Of a DNA stretch of 64,000 bases, positions 25,301 through 39,100 are shown in pieces. This DNA is from Antedon mediterranea (lineage: Eukaryota; Animalia; Echinodermata). The stretch spans positions 23,036,912-23,100,911 of the forward strand of contig NC_092675.1 of NCBI RefSeq assembly GCF_964355755.1, written 5' to 3'. The notes beneath the pieces are model-generated. The model saw nothing but the letters and a program-made list of their open reading frames with translations. It had not been told where the DNA came from and searched no databases. The stretch's first letter is position 1. Every line of letters starts with the position of its first letter. The position numbers and the translations under genes are program-made.

Positions 25301-28180
25301 AGATAGTTTAAGTTGACATCATCTACAAAATTTCCTCTTTACTTTACCAATTAGTACATCATGTGCTTCTGCACCAACTTACCTCCAGGATACCATTTCA
25401 TGTTACCATACAAAAGGCCTTGGTTTTGAAATTGCACCATTAATTTGAAATCGGTGTAATTTATTCTTGTTAATTTTAGCACTGTATTAATTGTGTTTTA
25501 TAAATGATGTTTTGTGATATTAATTTATTGATTTGTTAATATTGTATCACTAATTGTTTTTAATGCTTACAGATTGTATCCTATCGTCACTTCTTGGTTC
25601 CTACTAGAGAGCATTTGCATATGCAGCATGTACAACTTAGACATATTGGACAAGACATGACAACTTTACCAAACTCGCCAGCTGCTAAAAAGCTCACCTC
25701 ACACCCATTTAAATCGGCAGGACTTCCACCTTCACCTTCAAAAGGTTTTGTACTCTGGTTAAATTACTCTGTATTTAAAAACTCTCCCAAAATCATACTC
25801 TTCCAAAACAGTTTCAAAATCTTTGATGCTGGAAATTCCTCCAAATGGAAACTTTCCCAAAAAATTAGATACTTTTTAACTTTGTCCAAAACGGAACACT
25901 TGGAAATTCCTCCAAAATGGGATACTAATGCATACTGGAAACTCCCCACAAATGGGCCAATGACACACTTCTCCCAAAAGGAAACACTTGGCTGCTACTA
26001 AACATGAAAGTTATATATGATTTTACAAAAGATACAAATTGGATAATAAATTAGATATTAATAAATTATGAATATGCTTATTAATTAATTTTACTTGCAG
26101 TTGTTGATGTAGAGAGTATATTTAATGAGAATCTTTTAACTGGAGGACATCTTTATGATCCAAATATATTGGATGATCCAGAACTTAGTGCTGGGAAGCA
26201 CAAAAAAGTGCTAACATTCCCTTCATATATGGTAGGTACAGTCAAAGAACTTATAACACAAGAATCTCCTGTTCTTCAATTTGCATTCAAAACACAGTAT
26301 CGGAAGTACAGGGTTAAAAGGTCAAACTGGGCGACGCCATTTCACAGCATGGAGCAGCGCCCCCTCCAAACTAGGTAGTCAATTACTCTACCCCCTAGAG
26401 TATTAGCAGATCCCCTCTATGATTTTGACTTTCTAATTTGATGCGGGCGCCCTACTCCTCAGTCAATTACTCTATCCCCCCTAGAGCATTAGCAGATCCC
26501 CTCTATGATTTTGACTTTCTAATTTGATGCGGGCGCCCTACTCCATGGCTCACAATGGCGCCACCCATAGCTCTATTCTATCCCACAATGCCTTTCGAAA
26601 TTGTTACGCGCTTCGGACGAACAGGAGATTCTTGTGTTATAAGTTCTTTGGTACAGTATTAAGCTCAATACCGATGTGCCAATCGAAATAATCATTTATT
26701 TTTAAAATATATTTCGAAGAAGATAAACAGAAAATATGGAGTTCATCATAAGCTCTGCTTATATTTATCCGATGATTTTAGAAACTTCATTTTTTTTTTG
26801 CTTGATGAAAAATCAGTTATGTTGAACCTGCTACCTTAAAAAAATGTGATTTGTATTCAGTGATATATGTTGATTCTGATGTGATATGCTATAATAGTAT
26901 ATAAATATAAATATTATTATTGATTACTACTTTGAAGGTATCTATAATTGAACATGCGAAACCTTCAGAACTGAAAAAGGATTTGAACGAACAGTTTGCA
27001 GAACGTTTTCCAAGAATAAATTTAACACTAAGTAAACTAAGAAGGTACCTTTTATTTTATTATAACGTTGTTTGACCACCCAATACATTTATAGTTATTT
27101 TTGGTGCAATGTGTTCACAATGTTGTTGACATTTGTAGTTATTTTTGGTGCAATGTGTTCACAATGTTGTTGATATAGTAGATAGCAAGTTGTTTGATTT
27201 TAAGTATGAATAGTTATTTTAAAAACTAAAAATATAAATAAAACAAATATTTTATTACATAATAAAAATAACGTTTTTCTTCAGTCTTCTACTTCAGATC
27301 ATTCTGAATTGTTCACATTGATTGATTTTATGTTATTTATTTTTGTATGTAAGTGTGTAGGTATAATAATTTTACTTGGTATTGTTATAGGTAATTATAG
27401 TTAATTTCATTATCATATAGCATAAAGAAAGACATGTGGAAAATCTGTATGGATTGTGACGTTGAACCAGCAACTTTAGCACAAGCATATGCCTACTATG
27501 AAAAATTAGTCTTGAATGGAAAAATACACAAACAGAATAGAAAGTTATGTGCAGGTAAAATATTATTAAATCAATGATAATTTTTTTGTTTTCCAATCTA
27601 TTTTCCCCAAACTCATCACCATGGCCATAGTCTGTTTGAATGTTTATAATGTTTTTTTCAATTCAAAAATCAGTATTTCTGGAACTCATTGCCACACCAC
27701 ATTGAAACTAGATTTTGAGGAAACAAAAGGACATTCCCAGAAAAAAAGGAATATTATGGCTAAAGGAATATTAGTTCCTGAAGGCCTATTGCTCACACTT
27801 AAGTACAAATTATCAAATAACTATGTTAAAATAGATTTGATGACGATATGATCAAAAGTGGCAAGATTTGCCTTTTTAAATTTCAGCAGAAGATTGAATG
27901 GTACATTATGTTCATAGTATATACAATCATTTATTATTATTTCTTAAATTATAATTGTATGCCTCTTATAGGTGCATCATTACTATTATCTGCCAAACTA
28001 AATGATGTGAAGCGATGTGATTTAGATGATGTTATCAAAGAAATTGAAGAACAATTCCGTGTCAGTCGAAAAGAACTATTTTCATATGAATTCCCGGTGT
28101 TAGTTGCATTAGAATTCTCATTACACCTTGCAGAATTTGAAGTCTTACCTCACTATAAAAGAATTATACAACTTACTTAA
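22315..28180 (+). CDS. CABLES: CDK5 and ABL1 enzyme substrate (CABLES1/2 ortholog); exons 22315-22883, 24660-24743, 25108-25216, 25573-25744, 26101-26231, 26938-27044, 27421-27554, 27972-28180
   Basis: N-terminal [16 protein letters not shown], then [54 protein letters not shown] and [32 protein letters not shown]. The cyclin-box-like C-terminus reads [32 protein letters not shown]...[13 protein letters not shown]...VLPHY. All junctions are GT-AG and phase-consistent. Confidence 0.95.
23000..23159. mobile_element. MITE with ~20-bp terminal inverted repeats (Tourist/PIF-like, tentative)
   Basis: agggtctttcacacctgttc ... gaacaggtgtgaaagacact, in CABLES intron 1. Confidence 0.65.
26243..26650 (+). 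mobile_element. MITE with 32-bp perfect TIRs and 7-bp TSD (P-element-like non-autonomous)
   Basis: caaagaacttataacacaagaatctcctgttc / gaacaggagattcttgtgttataagttctttg, with GTACAGT duplicated on both sides (26236-26242, 26651-26657) and an internal ~84-bp tandem duplication. Confidence 0.85.
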
Positions 28181-28900
28181 CCATTGAAAAGTTATAAATA
28201 TATTACCAAATTGTCTAAAGAGAATTTTGCGTTTAAAATGTCTATTGTTTTTTAAACTGTATAAAGACCAATGAACTGCATGATTTTTTTGCATGGAACA
28301 CCAACCAACTTATTCATGATCTACTAAAAAGACTTGGATGTGATGCTTAATGATATTTTATACATAATAAAGGCCTGTTTATAGATGATAACAAATCACT
28401 TTAAATGGATGATTATTATGCGCTTCAAGAATTTTCGATTTTGAATGATTGACTACTCTAATTAACACTCGGATGTGTTTATAATGCTGTAACTGTTGTG
28501 GTGATCGTCATCATTATTATTGTAACCATACATATTACAACATCTTGTGCATGTACTCCATATGTGGGCCATATCCCATATAAACCCATTACATTTATCT
28601 GATAATGTGATACAATATTTAGGCTATACTTTGATAAATTCCAAAAATGATGTTGACCATGTTTATTGTACAGTCTAGAGAAATACATTTATATAAAAAA
28701 ATTATATTCACAAATTTTTAGGTCTATGCTTTTTATTTTTGAAATTGAGTTTATTATTCAGGCACATAGGTCTGAAAGTCATCCAAGTGGTATTATATAA
28801 TAAGGTGAGATGTTTTACGAGGGTCGTTGGTTAGAAGATGAGCGTCATGTTTTACTATTGTCTGTTTAGGGGACTTTCAAAATATATTCCATAGCCCGCG

Positions 28901-28931
<31 letters not shown>

Positions 28932-28935
<4 letters not shown>

Positions 28936-29120
28936 AGTGGTATGATACTCGCCCTGTAAGCGAGAGGTTGCAGGTTCGAATCCAGCCAGAGGCATTTTTT
29001 CATACAACTAAAAAATATGGAACTTTCGCCAATGAGCTATGCTCGACGCGATTATGAGATCATGTTCCGAATATGAGCACTGTTTCTATAATTTACAGTA
29101 TGATTTATATATATATATAT
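28932..29120 (+). mobile_element. 5'-truncated tRNA(TGT)-family element between (TA)n tracts
   Basis: gtctagtggtatgatactcgccctgtaagcgagagg...ctgtttctataatttacagtatgattta(TA)n matches 12957-13035 and 12650-12770. Confidence 0.8.
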
Positions 29121-29126
29121 TTATAT

Positions 29127-29448
29127 GGTGGTGGTGGTTATTTATAACCACCATTTAAGCTGTTTTTTAGTCTCATTCCAAAATTGTTTATATCTCTACC
29201 AAGCTACCTTCTTTTTCTTTTATTCCTGTCCACCCAGGCAGCACTTGCCAGCTTTATACTATGACGTTATCCAAATTCTTTCACTTGCACTGATGAAGGG
29301 CTAGTGTTGCCCGAAAGCTCTGCTAACTTTTCTGGCTGTTTACTTTATCGTTTTGATTTAACTTTTCGCTTTTTATTTTTGTATCTCCATTGAGATCCAG
29401 CCACTGATACCCACAGCATTGTCATTTTTTTCAGTAATTTGCCTTTGG

Positions 29449-29483
<35 letters not shown>
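29127..29483 (+). mobile_element. (TA)n-tailed non-autonomous element resembling a Penelope-like pseudo-LTR, carrying a hammerhead ribozyme
   Basis: Family copies at 55117-55287, 57565-57812, 57813-57863 (-), 58095-58130 (-), 60831-60966 (-) and a fragment at ~12321-12349 (-). Copies that retain the 3' end finish in ..aatttgcctttggattta(TA)n or a close variant. Confidence 0.7.
29285..29326 (+). ncRNA. Minimal type I hammerhead ribozyme motif
   Basis: ttGCA-CTGATGA-A-GGGC(tagtgtt)GCCC-GAA-AGCT-C^TGCtaa. It has the complete catalytic core, a 4-bp stem II, a palindromic AGCU stem III and stem I GCA/TGC. Predicted cleavage is after C29320. Confidence 0.75.
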
Positions 29484-29489
<6 letters not shown>

Positions 29490-30175
29490 CTGTACCTCCT
29501 TCATGGTAAAATGTATTATGAAATATGATGAATGTGCAGTGCACATTGCTTGTTGATATAAAATACATGCCTAAGCTATCCTTATTTTCCGAAGCACCTT
29601 GGAGCAATAATTGAACAACTGCGAGGAATTGCACTGAAATAAACATATGAAAAATTGAAAAAGTAGCCTTCCCATGAAAAAGTATGTTAATCAACCGATA
29701 TACTTGCCACTATGATTCATTCTGTAACACAAACTGAGAAAAGTTTTATGGATAGGAATGTTTAGAAAAGACAATGTAACATGTTTTCTACAGTAGGACT
29801 ACATTTGCAATATAATATAGGATATCAAACTGTTTTTTTTAACGTTTTATTTTTTCTTCGTCATGTTTTTTTTTTTGGTTTTTACAATTCATATAGTTTA
29901 TTTTATATAATTATATTTGTTGCACTGTTATACATAATTCCCTTATGTAAACTTATATAGATACAGAGAGCGTTTCCACTATATTATACATATCCTTCAT
30001 GTACAATGATTGAATTCTTAATTGCACTGGAATCACAATTCATTATGTATAAATTACTTTTGTATTAATATGTATTTTATGTTTAAAAAATACAAACCGT
30101 TTTTAGTGGTCTTAGGCTTATTTCTTCAGTTACAGTATCATATTAATTGTTAGTTTACTGGTTCAGTCAAGTAGT

Positions 30176-33100
30176 CTAGATGAATAGTAAATCTTGTGAA
30201 CACGAGCACTTTTCGGTCTGTTGTAGCTCAAGTTGAACTGTGCTGTTGTCACTGCATCTAAAATGTTTCAGTGACATACTGGTCTCTGATGGTTTACACA
30301 CCCCAGTTACACTTATTCTTTGGAGACGCTGTTCAATAGATATCACTTTAGTGTATGAAGGGCAGCATCCGGTACATTCAGTTGTCTCGATAACACCAGT
30401 GCATGTATGTCCAGAGTCTATTGTAATACACAGGTTCTTCTTTATTTGTTTGGTAGAACATGCTGTGGTTGGCTCTTCAATAGGGTTAATTTCTGTTGTA
30501 ACTTCTATTCTATCTACGTCAATGGAATGTGTTTCTTGAACAGGTGTCACTGAAATAATAATGTTTATAACTTGTTGTAAAGTTAGGTTTGTGCATTGAA
30601 GACATTCTGTTCTTCACTTAAGTTGGTAATTAAGTACAACTGGAAAATAAACATTTGAAACCTAAAAGTTGCTTTAATTATACTAAAATTATAATTTAAA
30701 AATGTACCTAATTCCTTGGCAACAGTTGTGAAGGAGTACGTAAATAACTCTGTCTCTGTTGATTTTTCGCAAGCTGCTATAAATAACTCGGAGCAGACAC
30801 GATCCTCCCATTTTCCAGTGGTTGATGTCAGAACAGCACAATTGGACGTACCTGGCTTTCCTAATTCCCAATCTGAAACATAGATAGTGAATTCAGAGTA
30901 CAGATAATAATATCCATGTACGGCCTATATAGGTGTGAAATATGAAAAAGAATATTGAGAATGTGGGTTTTAGAACCTAATCAGTAATAAAGCGTCTTTT
31001 TTAAGAAAGTAATAGGCCTAAGGCCGAAATGGAAATTATTTATGCCACTTGCATGCACAGTTTAATATTCAAATATTATTAAACAAACAACATACTTGTA
31101 AACCCAGATTCGTCTTGTCCACTACTCCATATTCCATCACCATTAACAGATAACCCAATCCACATAGCATCATTATACTTTCGACGTTGTGAAATCTTTG
31201 ATCTTAAAAACTCATTCTCTTCAAGATTATCAATTGTTGTCATCACTGCGTTTCTTTCTGAACAGAAAGAACTAGCTGACGAAAAACTCAACCTTCTTAA
31301 TGAAAACTGGTAACACTTTTTGTTGAAATAGACCCAGTTCTCAGGACACAATTCTAAAATAAAAAAAAGGTTTGTATCAGTATTTTATTTAACATTAAGC
31401 TAATGTATTATTATTGTTTAAATAATATTAAACCTATAATGTTGGAATTGGTATTATTTTTCAATATAAAATGATTACCAGAATGAAAACCCACCTGCAT
31501 AGTTTGTTTCTGAATAGCTTTCCGTAACTACCTGAGGTTTCTCAGTTGATTTGGATGACGAAATGTCAGCTTTGTTTTCAACATGAAATAAATCGGTACT
31601 TGTATCTCCATTGTCTTCTGTAGTCACGGGAGATTTGACTACTCCTTGGTCAACTTCATTAGGTGTCTGTGTTTCTCCATTTTTTGTTGTTTTTTCTGTG
31701 TCTGTTTCATCAACAAAAACGATTTCTGTAGTTTTATCAACTTGTTCAACCATATCAGGAGCTTCCGTCCCAACTTTGTTCTCACCTTCTCCTGACTCTG
31801 TATCATCTGTAACCGTTTCAATTTCTATCTCTGTGTCTACAACGACCTCAGGAAGAGCTTCAGTAGTTTCGTCTGACTTTTGGTCAACTTCATCAGGTGT
31901 CGGTGTTTCTTCTATAATATCATCACCTCCTGTTTCAACCACAATCTTTACCTGTGGCTCTTCCTCAGTAGTAGTAGTAGTAGTCTCTGTTTCTTTTTCA
32001 GGTTCTTCAACACCATTGGAAACAATTTCTTCATTAGTTTCGTCTGTGTCTGTTTCACCAGCAACATCAACAGTTTCCATAGTTTTGTCAGATATATCTT
32101 CAATAATCTCTGGACTCTCTGTTCCAAACATTTCCTCTGTTTCTTTTTTGTCATCAGTAAGCTCAGCTGTTGTCATTTCTGTTTCACCTTCAGCCTCAGC
32201 TTCTGTTTCTTCTATTGTTTTTCCAGTAGTCTCTTTATCTACTGTTTCATCCGTCACTGTTTCTTTTTCAATTGCCCCAGGACTCTCTGTTCCAACTGTT
32301 TCCTCTGTGTCTTTCTCATCATCAGTAGGCTCAGTCACAACATCCTCTTCCATCTCTTTGTTATCCATTGTTTCTGTTTCTTCTTCATCATCAACTTCTG
32401 TTGTAGTTGTTTCTTCTATTGTATCTTCAGTAGTCTCCTTTTCTACTGTTTCATCCGTCACTGTTTCTTTTTCGATTGCCTCAGGACTTTCTGTTTGAAC
32501 TGCTTCCTCTGTGTCTTTCTCATCATCAGTAGGCTCAGTCACAACATCCTCTCCCATCTCTTTCTTATCCATTATTTCTGTTTCTTCTTCATCATCAACT
32601 TCTGTTGTAGTTGTTTCTTCTATTGTATCTTCAGTAGTCTCCTTTTCTACTATTTCATCCGTCACTGTTTCTTTTTCAATTGCCTCAGGACTTTCTGTTG
32701 TAACTGTTTCCTCTGTGTCTTTTTTGTCATCAGTAGACTCAGTCACAACATCCTCTCCCATCTCGTTCTCATCCATTGTTTCTGTTTCTTCTTCAGCCTC
32801 AGCTTCAGTTGTTTCTTCTATTTCCTCAGTATCTTCAGGTGTGTCTTTTTCTACTATTTCATCCGTCACTGTTTCTTTTTCCATTGCCTCAGGACTGTCT
32901 GTTTGAACTGCTTCCTCTGTGTCTTTCTTATCATCAGTAGGCTCAGTCACAACATCCTCTCCTGTCTCTTTCTCATCCATTGTTACTTCTGTTTCCTCTT
33001 TAGCCTCAGGCTCTGTTGTAGTTGTATCTTCTATTTTCTCTCCAGTATCTTCAGTAGTCTCTTTTTCTACTGTTCCATCCGTCACTGTTTCTTTTTCAAT

Positions 33101-36100
33101 TGCCCCAGGACTGTCTGTTTGAACTGCTTCATCTGTGTCTTTCTCATCATCAGTAGGCTCAGTCACAACATCCTCTCCCATCTCTTTCTTATCCATTATT
33201 TCTGTTTCTTCTTCAGCCTCAGCTTCTGTTGTAGTTGTTTCTTCTTCAGTATCTTCAGGTGTGTCTTTTTCTACTATTTCATCCGTCACTGTTTCTTTTT
33301 CAATTGCCTCAGGACTTTCTGTTTGAACTGCTTCCTCTGTGTCTTTCTCATCATCAGTAGGCTCAGTCACAACATTCTCTTCCATCTCTTTGTTATCCAT
33401 TGTTTCTGTTTCTTCTTCAGCCTCAGCTTCTGTTGTAGTTGTTTCTTCTATTGTATCTTCAGTAGTCTCCTTTTCTACTATTTCATCCGTCACTGTTTCT
33501 TTTTCAATTGCCTCAGGACTTTCTGTTTGAACTGCTTCCTCTGTGTCTTTCTCATCATCAGTAGGCTCAGTCACAACATCCTCTTCCATCTCTTTGTTAT
33601 CCATTGTTTCTGTTTCTTCTTCATCATCAACTTCAGTTGTAGTTGTTTCTTCTATTGTATCTTCAGTAGTCTCCTTTTCTACTGTTTCATCTGTCACTGT
33701 TTCTTTTTCAATTGCCTCAGGACTTTCTGTTTGAACTGCTTCCTCTGTGTTTTTCTCATCATCAGTAGGCTCAGTCACAACATCCTCTTCCATCTCTTTG
33801 TTATCCATTGTTTCTGTTTCTTCTTCATCATCAGCTTCAGTTGTAGTTGTTTCTTCTATTGTATCTTCAGTAGTCTCCTTTTCTACTGTTTCATCCGTCA
33901 CTGTTTCTTTTTCCATTGCCTCAGGACTTTCTGTTTGAACTGCTTCCTCTGTGTTTTTCTCATCATCAGTAGGCTCAGTCACAACATCCTCTCCCATCTC
34001 TTTCTTATCCATTATTTCTGTTTCTTTTTCAGCCTCAGCTTCTGTTGTAGTTGTTTCTTCTTCAGTATCTTCAGGTGTGTCTTTTTCTACTATTTCATCC
34101 GTCCCTGTTTCTTTTTCAATTGCCTCAGGACTTTCTGTTTGAACTGCTTCCTCTGTGTCTTTCTCATCATCAGTAGGCTCAGTCACAACATCCTCTTCCA
34201 TCTCTTTGTTATCCATTGTTTCTGTTTCTTCTTCATCATCAACTTCTGTTGTAGTTGTTTCTTCTATTGTATCTTCAGTAGTCTCCTTTTCTACTGTTTC
34301 ATCCGTCACTGTTTCTTTTTCAATTGCCTCAGGACTTTCTGTTTGAACTGCTTCCTCTGTGTCTTTCTCATCATCAGTAGGCTCAGTCACAACATCCTCT
34401 TCCATCTCTTTGTTATCCATTGTTTCTGTTTCTTCTTCAGCCTCAGCTTCTGTTGTAGTTGTTTCTTCTATTGTATCTTCAGGTGTCTCTTTTTCTACTG
34501 TTTCATCTGTCACTGTTTCTTTTTCAATTGCTTCAGGACTCTCTGTTTGAACTGTTTCCTCTGTGTCTTTCTGTTCATCAGTAGGCTCAGTCACAACAGC
34601 CTCTCCCGTCCTTGTCTCATCTATTGTTACTGTATCATCCTTATCTGTCCCGGAAACTTCTGTTTCAGTGACTTCTTCACTTTCAAATTCCACAACTGAT
34701 TTGAAAGATGATTCTTCGTAAACAACATTTGTTGATGTTTTGCATATAACACGATGCACTTTTTTACACGATTCAGCCATCCACTTTCCTGTGGACGATA
34801 TAATTACTGCACAAGCTCTACCATCATCTCCAACTGAATCATCTACATTTATATTGGATGGTTCTCCATCCTTCCAATCTGTGAAATTAGATATATACTA
34901 CAAATTAGATAACATTTATTATTAGAAATTACGAATTCACTTGCTAATCGTCATATTCGATTATGAATTTTAGAATGAGGTTTATGAGATATCTGTTTTG
35001 ATGTATTATTGTATTGTAAAACCTTAAATCCGAGTTGCATGTTGAAATAAGCTGATTCCACTAACACTCATTATTTAATAAAAAGTATTTGACTTTCGAA
35101 ATTTCATTTATAAAACCAAACAAGATTGTCAAAAACATCGTCATAACTAAAGAAAACCATAATTGTGTGAATGTATTCTGTAAGGGAAAAGGAAGTTGCT
35201 TCATTTTATTTTTTATTTTCAAATAAAAAGAAGAAATTATTTACTACACAAATACTACAATATAGATAAAACTAGAAATTGCAAAGTGCAAGTGAGTGAA
35301 GCAGATATAACATTACATAGTTTTGATGAGTCAGGGCCCTCCTAAAGACAGAAACTGAATGTCAATATTAGAACACTTCTCATTGTACAATCTCTGCCTG
35401 ATAAATGTATTTCACCTGTAAACATCAACTCTGCATAGGTGTCTTATACCAATGTTTTGACAAGCAATGACTTTTATGAGAGGTCAAATTGCTGTGCAGA
35501 ATATGAATAGTTGACATAAAGCAATAAACATATTACACATAGAGCGTGTATTTGTATATGTTAGCTGCTTGTTTCCAAAATGTTATTCGTTAACATTATC
35601 GTATTCATTATTGGTGAAACATTTTCATATAATTCCAAGACAAATACCCAAAATTCTATTTTAAATTAAAATTTACTTACTTTCAAATTGAACATCTTCA
35701 CCGGATTGCCACCTCCATTCCATTCCATATTCGCGTGTATAACCTATCCATGCACGGTTATTGTACCACTTTTTCTTTAACAGATTCTCTTTAACAAATT
35801 CATTTTCATCTTTACTAGACATATCAGCTAGATAAGAATTTTGTTCTCGACAATATTTGATAGCAGCAAAAACAGTAAAGCGTTTATTTGTGAATTTATA
35901 GCAGCTTCCTTGATATTGCAGCCATCCTACATTACACAAACCTGCATGTAAAAGAATTATTATAATTAAAAATTAAAGACAAGATAACATTTAATAACAT
36001 TTGCTTAACCTAGATAAAGAACATTATTTACTCAATATTAGTGTATAGTGTACATTTTTCAGTTTAAAAATATGAATACATTATGTTTCTATTTTTACTT

Positions 36101-39100
36101 ACTGCATCCATTAATAGTTTCTTTATCATCATCTACAGTTCCGTCAATCTCATCTTCAGTTTCAGTTATTTCTTCTACCTGGTTTTCAACTGTAGTTGTC
36201 TGATCAGCAGTAACCTCTGTGTCAGTTTTTTCATCAATATCATTAGTTACGGTTCCTTCTGCATCTATCTCATCTCCAGTTGTTTTGTCATCAGTAGTCT
36301 CCGTGTCTACGTTGTCATCCATAACTGTTTCTTCTTCAGCAGTAGTTTCTGTGTCTTTCTCAGAATCATCAACGCCATTGGAAACAATTACTTCTGTTGT
36401 TTCATCTGTGTCTGTTTCATAAAAAATATTAATGGTTTCTGTAGTTTTGAAAGTTTCTTCTTCCACTGCCTCAGGACTTTCTGTTTCAGTTGGTTCCTCT
36501 TCATCAGTAGGCTCAATCACAACATCATCACTTGTCTTAATCTCATCTGTTGTCACTTCTGCTTTTGTTTCTGTTGTTTCCTCAATTTCTTTTAGAGTAC
36601 CTGCAGTAGTCTTTGTGTCTACTGTATAAACCGTAACTGTTTCTATCGTAGGCTCATTCCCAACAACCTCTTCCGTGTCTGCCCCATCTGTTACTTCTGT
36701 TTCTGTTTCATCACCAACCTTAGCTTTTGTTTCGGTTGTTTCTCCAGTTTCTTTTCCTGGTTCTTCAGTAGATTCTGTGTCTACTGAGTCAACAATTAAT
36801 GTTTCTTCTTCAGTAGTTGTAGGACTCTCTGTTTCATCTGTTTCCTCTGTTTCTTTCTCTTCGTCAGTAGGCCCAATCACAACAACATCTCCCTTATCAG
36901 TCCCACCTGTTGTTACTTCTGTTTCATCATCAACCTCAGCTTCTGTTTCAGTAGTTTCTTCAGTTTCTTTTCCGGGTTCTTCAGTAGATTCTGTGTCTGC
37001 TGTGTCAACAATTAATGTTTCTTCTTCAGTAGTTGTAGGACTCTCTGTTTCATCTGTTTTCTCTGTTTCTTTCTCTTCGTCAGTAGACTCAATCACATCT
37101 CCCTTATCTGTCCCACCTGTTGTTACTTCTGTTTCATCATCAACCTCAACTACTGTTTCAGTAGTTTCTTCAGTTTCTTTTCCGGGTTCTTCAGTAGATT
37201 CTGTGTCTGCTGTGTCAACAATTAATGTTTCTTCTTCAGTAGTTGTAGGAATCTCTGTTTCATCTATTACCTCTGTTTCTTTCTCTTCGTCAGTAGGATC
37301 AATCGCAACAACATCTCCCTTATCAGTTCCATCTGTTGTTACTTCTGTTTCATCACCAACGTCAGCTTCTGTTTCGGTTGTGTCTTCAGTTTTTTTTCCG
37401 GGTTCTTCAGTAGATTCTTCGTCAGAGGGCTCAATCACAACAACATCTCCCTTATCTGTCCCACCTGTTGTTACTTCTGTTTTATCATCAACGTCAGCTT
37501 CTGTTTCAGTAGTTTCTTCAGTTGCCTTTCCGGCATCTTCAATAGTTTCTGTGTCTACTGTTTCAACCGGTGTGTCTTCAGTTTCTTTTCCGGGTTCTTC
37601 AGTAGATTCTGTGTCTGCTGTGTCAACAACTAATGTTTCTCCTTCAATAGTTGTACGACTGTCTGTTTCCTCTGTTTCTTTATCTTCGTCAGTAGGCTCA
37701 ATCACAACAACATCTCCCTTATCAGTCCCACCTGTTGTTACTTCAGTTTCATCATCAACCTTAGCTTCTGTTTCAGTAGTTTCTTCAGTTGCCTTTCCGG
37801 CATCTTCAGTAGTTTCCGTGTCTACTGTCTCAACCGGAATTAATGTTTCTTCTTCAGTAGTTGTAGGACTCACTGTTTCTTTCTCTTCGTCAGTAGGCTC
37901 AATCACAACAACATCTCCCGTATCAGTCCCACCTGTTGTTACTTTGGTTTCATCATCAACCTCAGCTTTTGTTTCAGTAGTTTCTTCAGTTTCTTTTTCC
38001 GGTTCTTCAGTAGATTCTGTGTCTGCTGTGTCAACAATTAATGTTTCTTCTTCAGTATTTTTTGGACTCTCTGTTTCATCTATTACCTCTGTTTCTTTCT
38101 CTTCGTCAGTAGGTTCAATCACATCTACATCTTCCTTATCAGTCCCACCTGTTGTTACTTCTGTTTCATCACCAACCTCAACTACTGTTTCAGTAGTTTC
38201 TTCAGTTTCTTTTCCGGGTTCTTCAGTAGATTCTCTGTCTGCTGTGTCAACAATTAATGTTTCTTCTTCAGTTGTTGTAGGAGTCTCTGTTTCATCTGTT
38301 TCCTCTGTTTCTTTCTTTTCGTCAGTAGGCTCAATCACAACAACATCTCCCTTATCAGTCCCACCTGTTGTTACTTCAGTTTCATCACCAACGTCAGTTT
38401 CTGTTTCGCTTGTGTCTTCAGTTTCTTTTCTGGGTTCTTCAGTAGATTCTGTGTCTGCTGTGTCAACAATTAATATTTCTTCTTCAGTTGTTGTAGGAGT
38501 CTCTGTTTCATCTGTTTCCTCTGTTTCTTTCTCTTCATCAGTAGGCTCAATCACAACAACATCTCCCGTATCAGTCCCATCTGTTGTTACTTCAGTTTCA
38601 TCACCAACGTCAGCTTCTGTTTCGGTTGTGTCTTCAGTTTCTTTTCCGGGTTCTTTGGTAGATTCTGTGTCAGCTGTGTCAACAATTAATGTTTCTTCTT
38701 CAGTTGTTGTAGGACTCTCTGTTTCTTTCTCTTCGTCAGTAGGCTCAATCACAACAATATCTCCCTTATCAGTCCCACCTGTTGTTACTTCTGTTTCATC
38801 ACCAACGTCAGCTTCTGTTTCGGTTGTGTCTTCAGTTTCTTTTCCGGGTTCTTCAGTAAATTCTGTTTCTGCTATTTCAACAATTAATGTTTCTGTGTCT
38901 GCTGTGTCAACAATTAATGTTTCTTCTTCAGTTGTTGTAGGAGTCTCTGTTTCCTCTGTTTCCTCTGTTTCTTTCTCTTCGTCAGTAGGCTCAATCACAA
39001 CATCTCCCGTATCAGTCCCATCTGTTGTTACTTCAGTTTCATCACCAACGTCAGCTTCTGTTTCGGTTGTGTCTTCAGTTTTTTTTTCGGGTTCTTTGGT

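Noticed and set aside
32230-34600. Regular 204-bp periodicity as a CRISPR-like or non-coding array
   Set aside because: Whole units are repeated without unique spacers, and they lie in frame within a eukaryotic coding exon.
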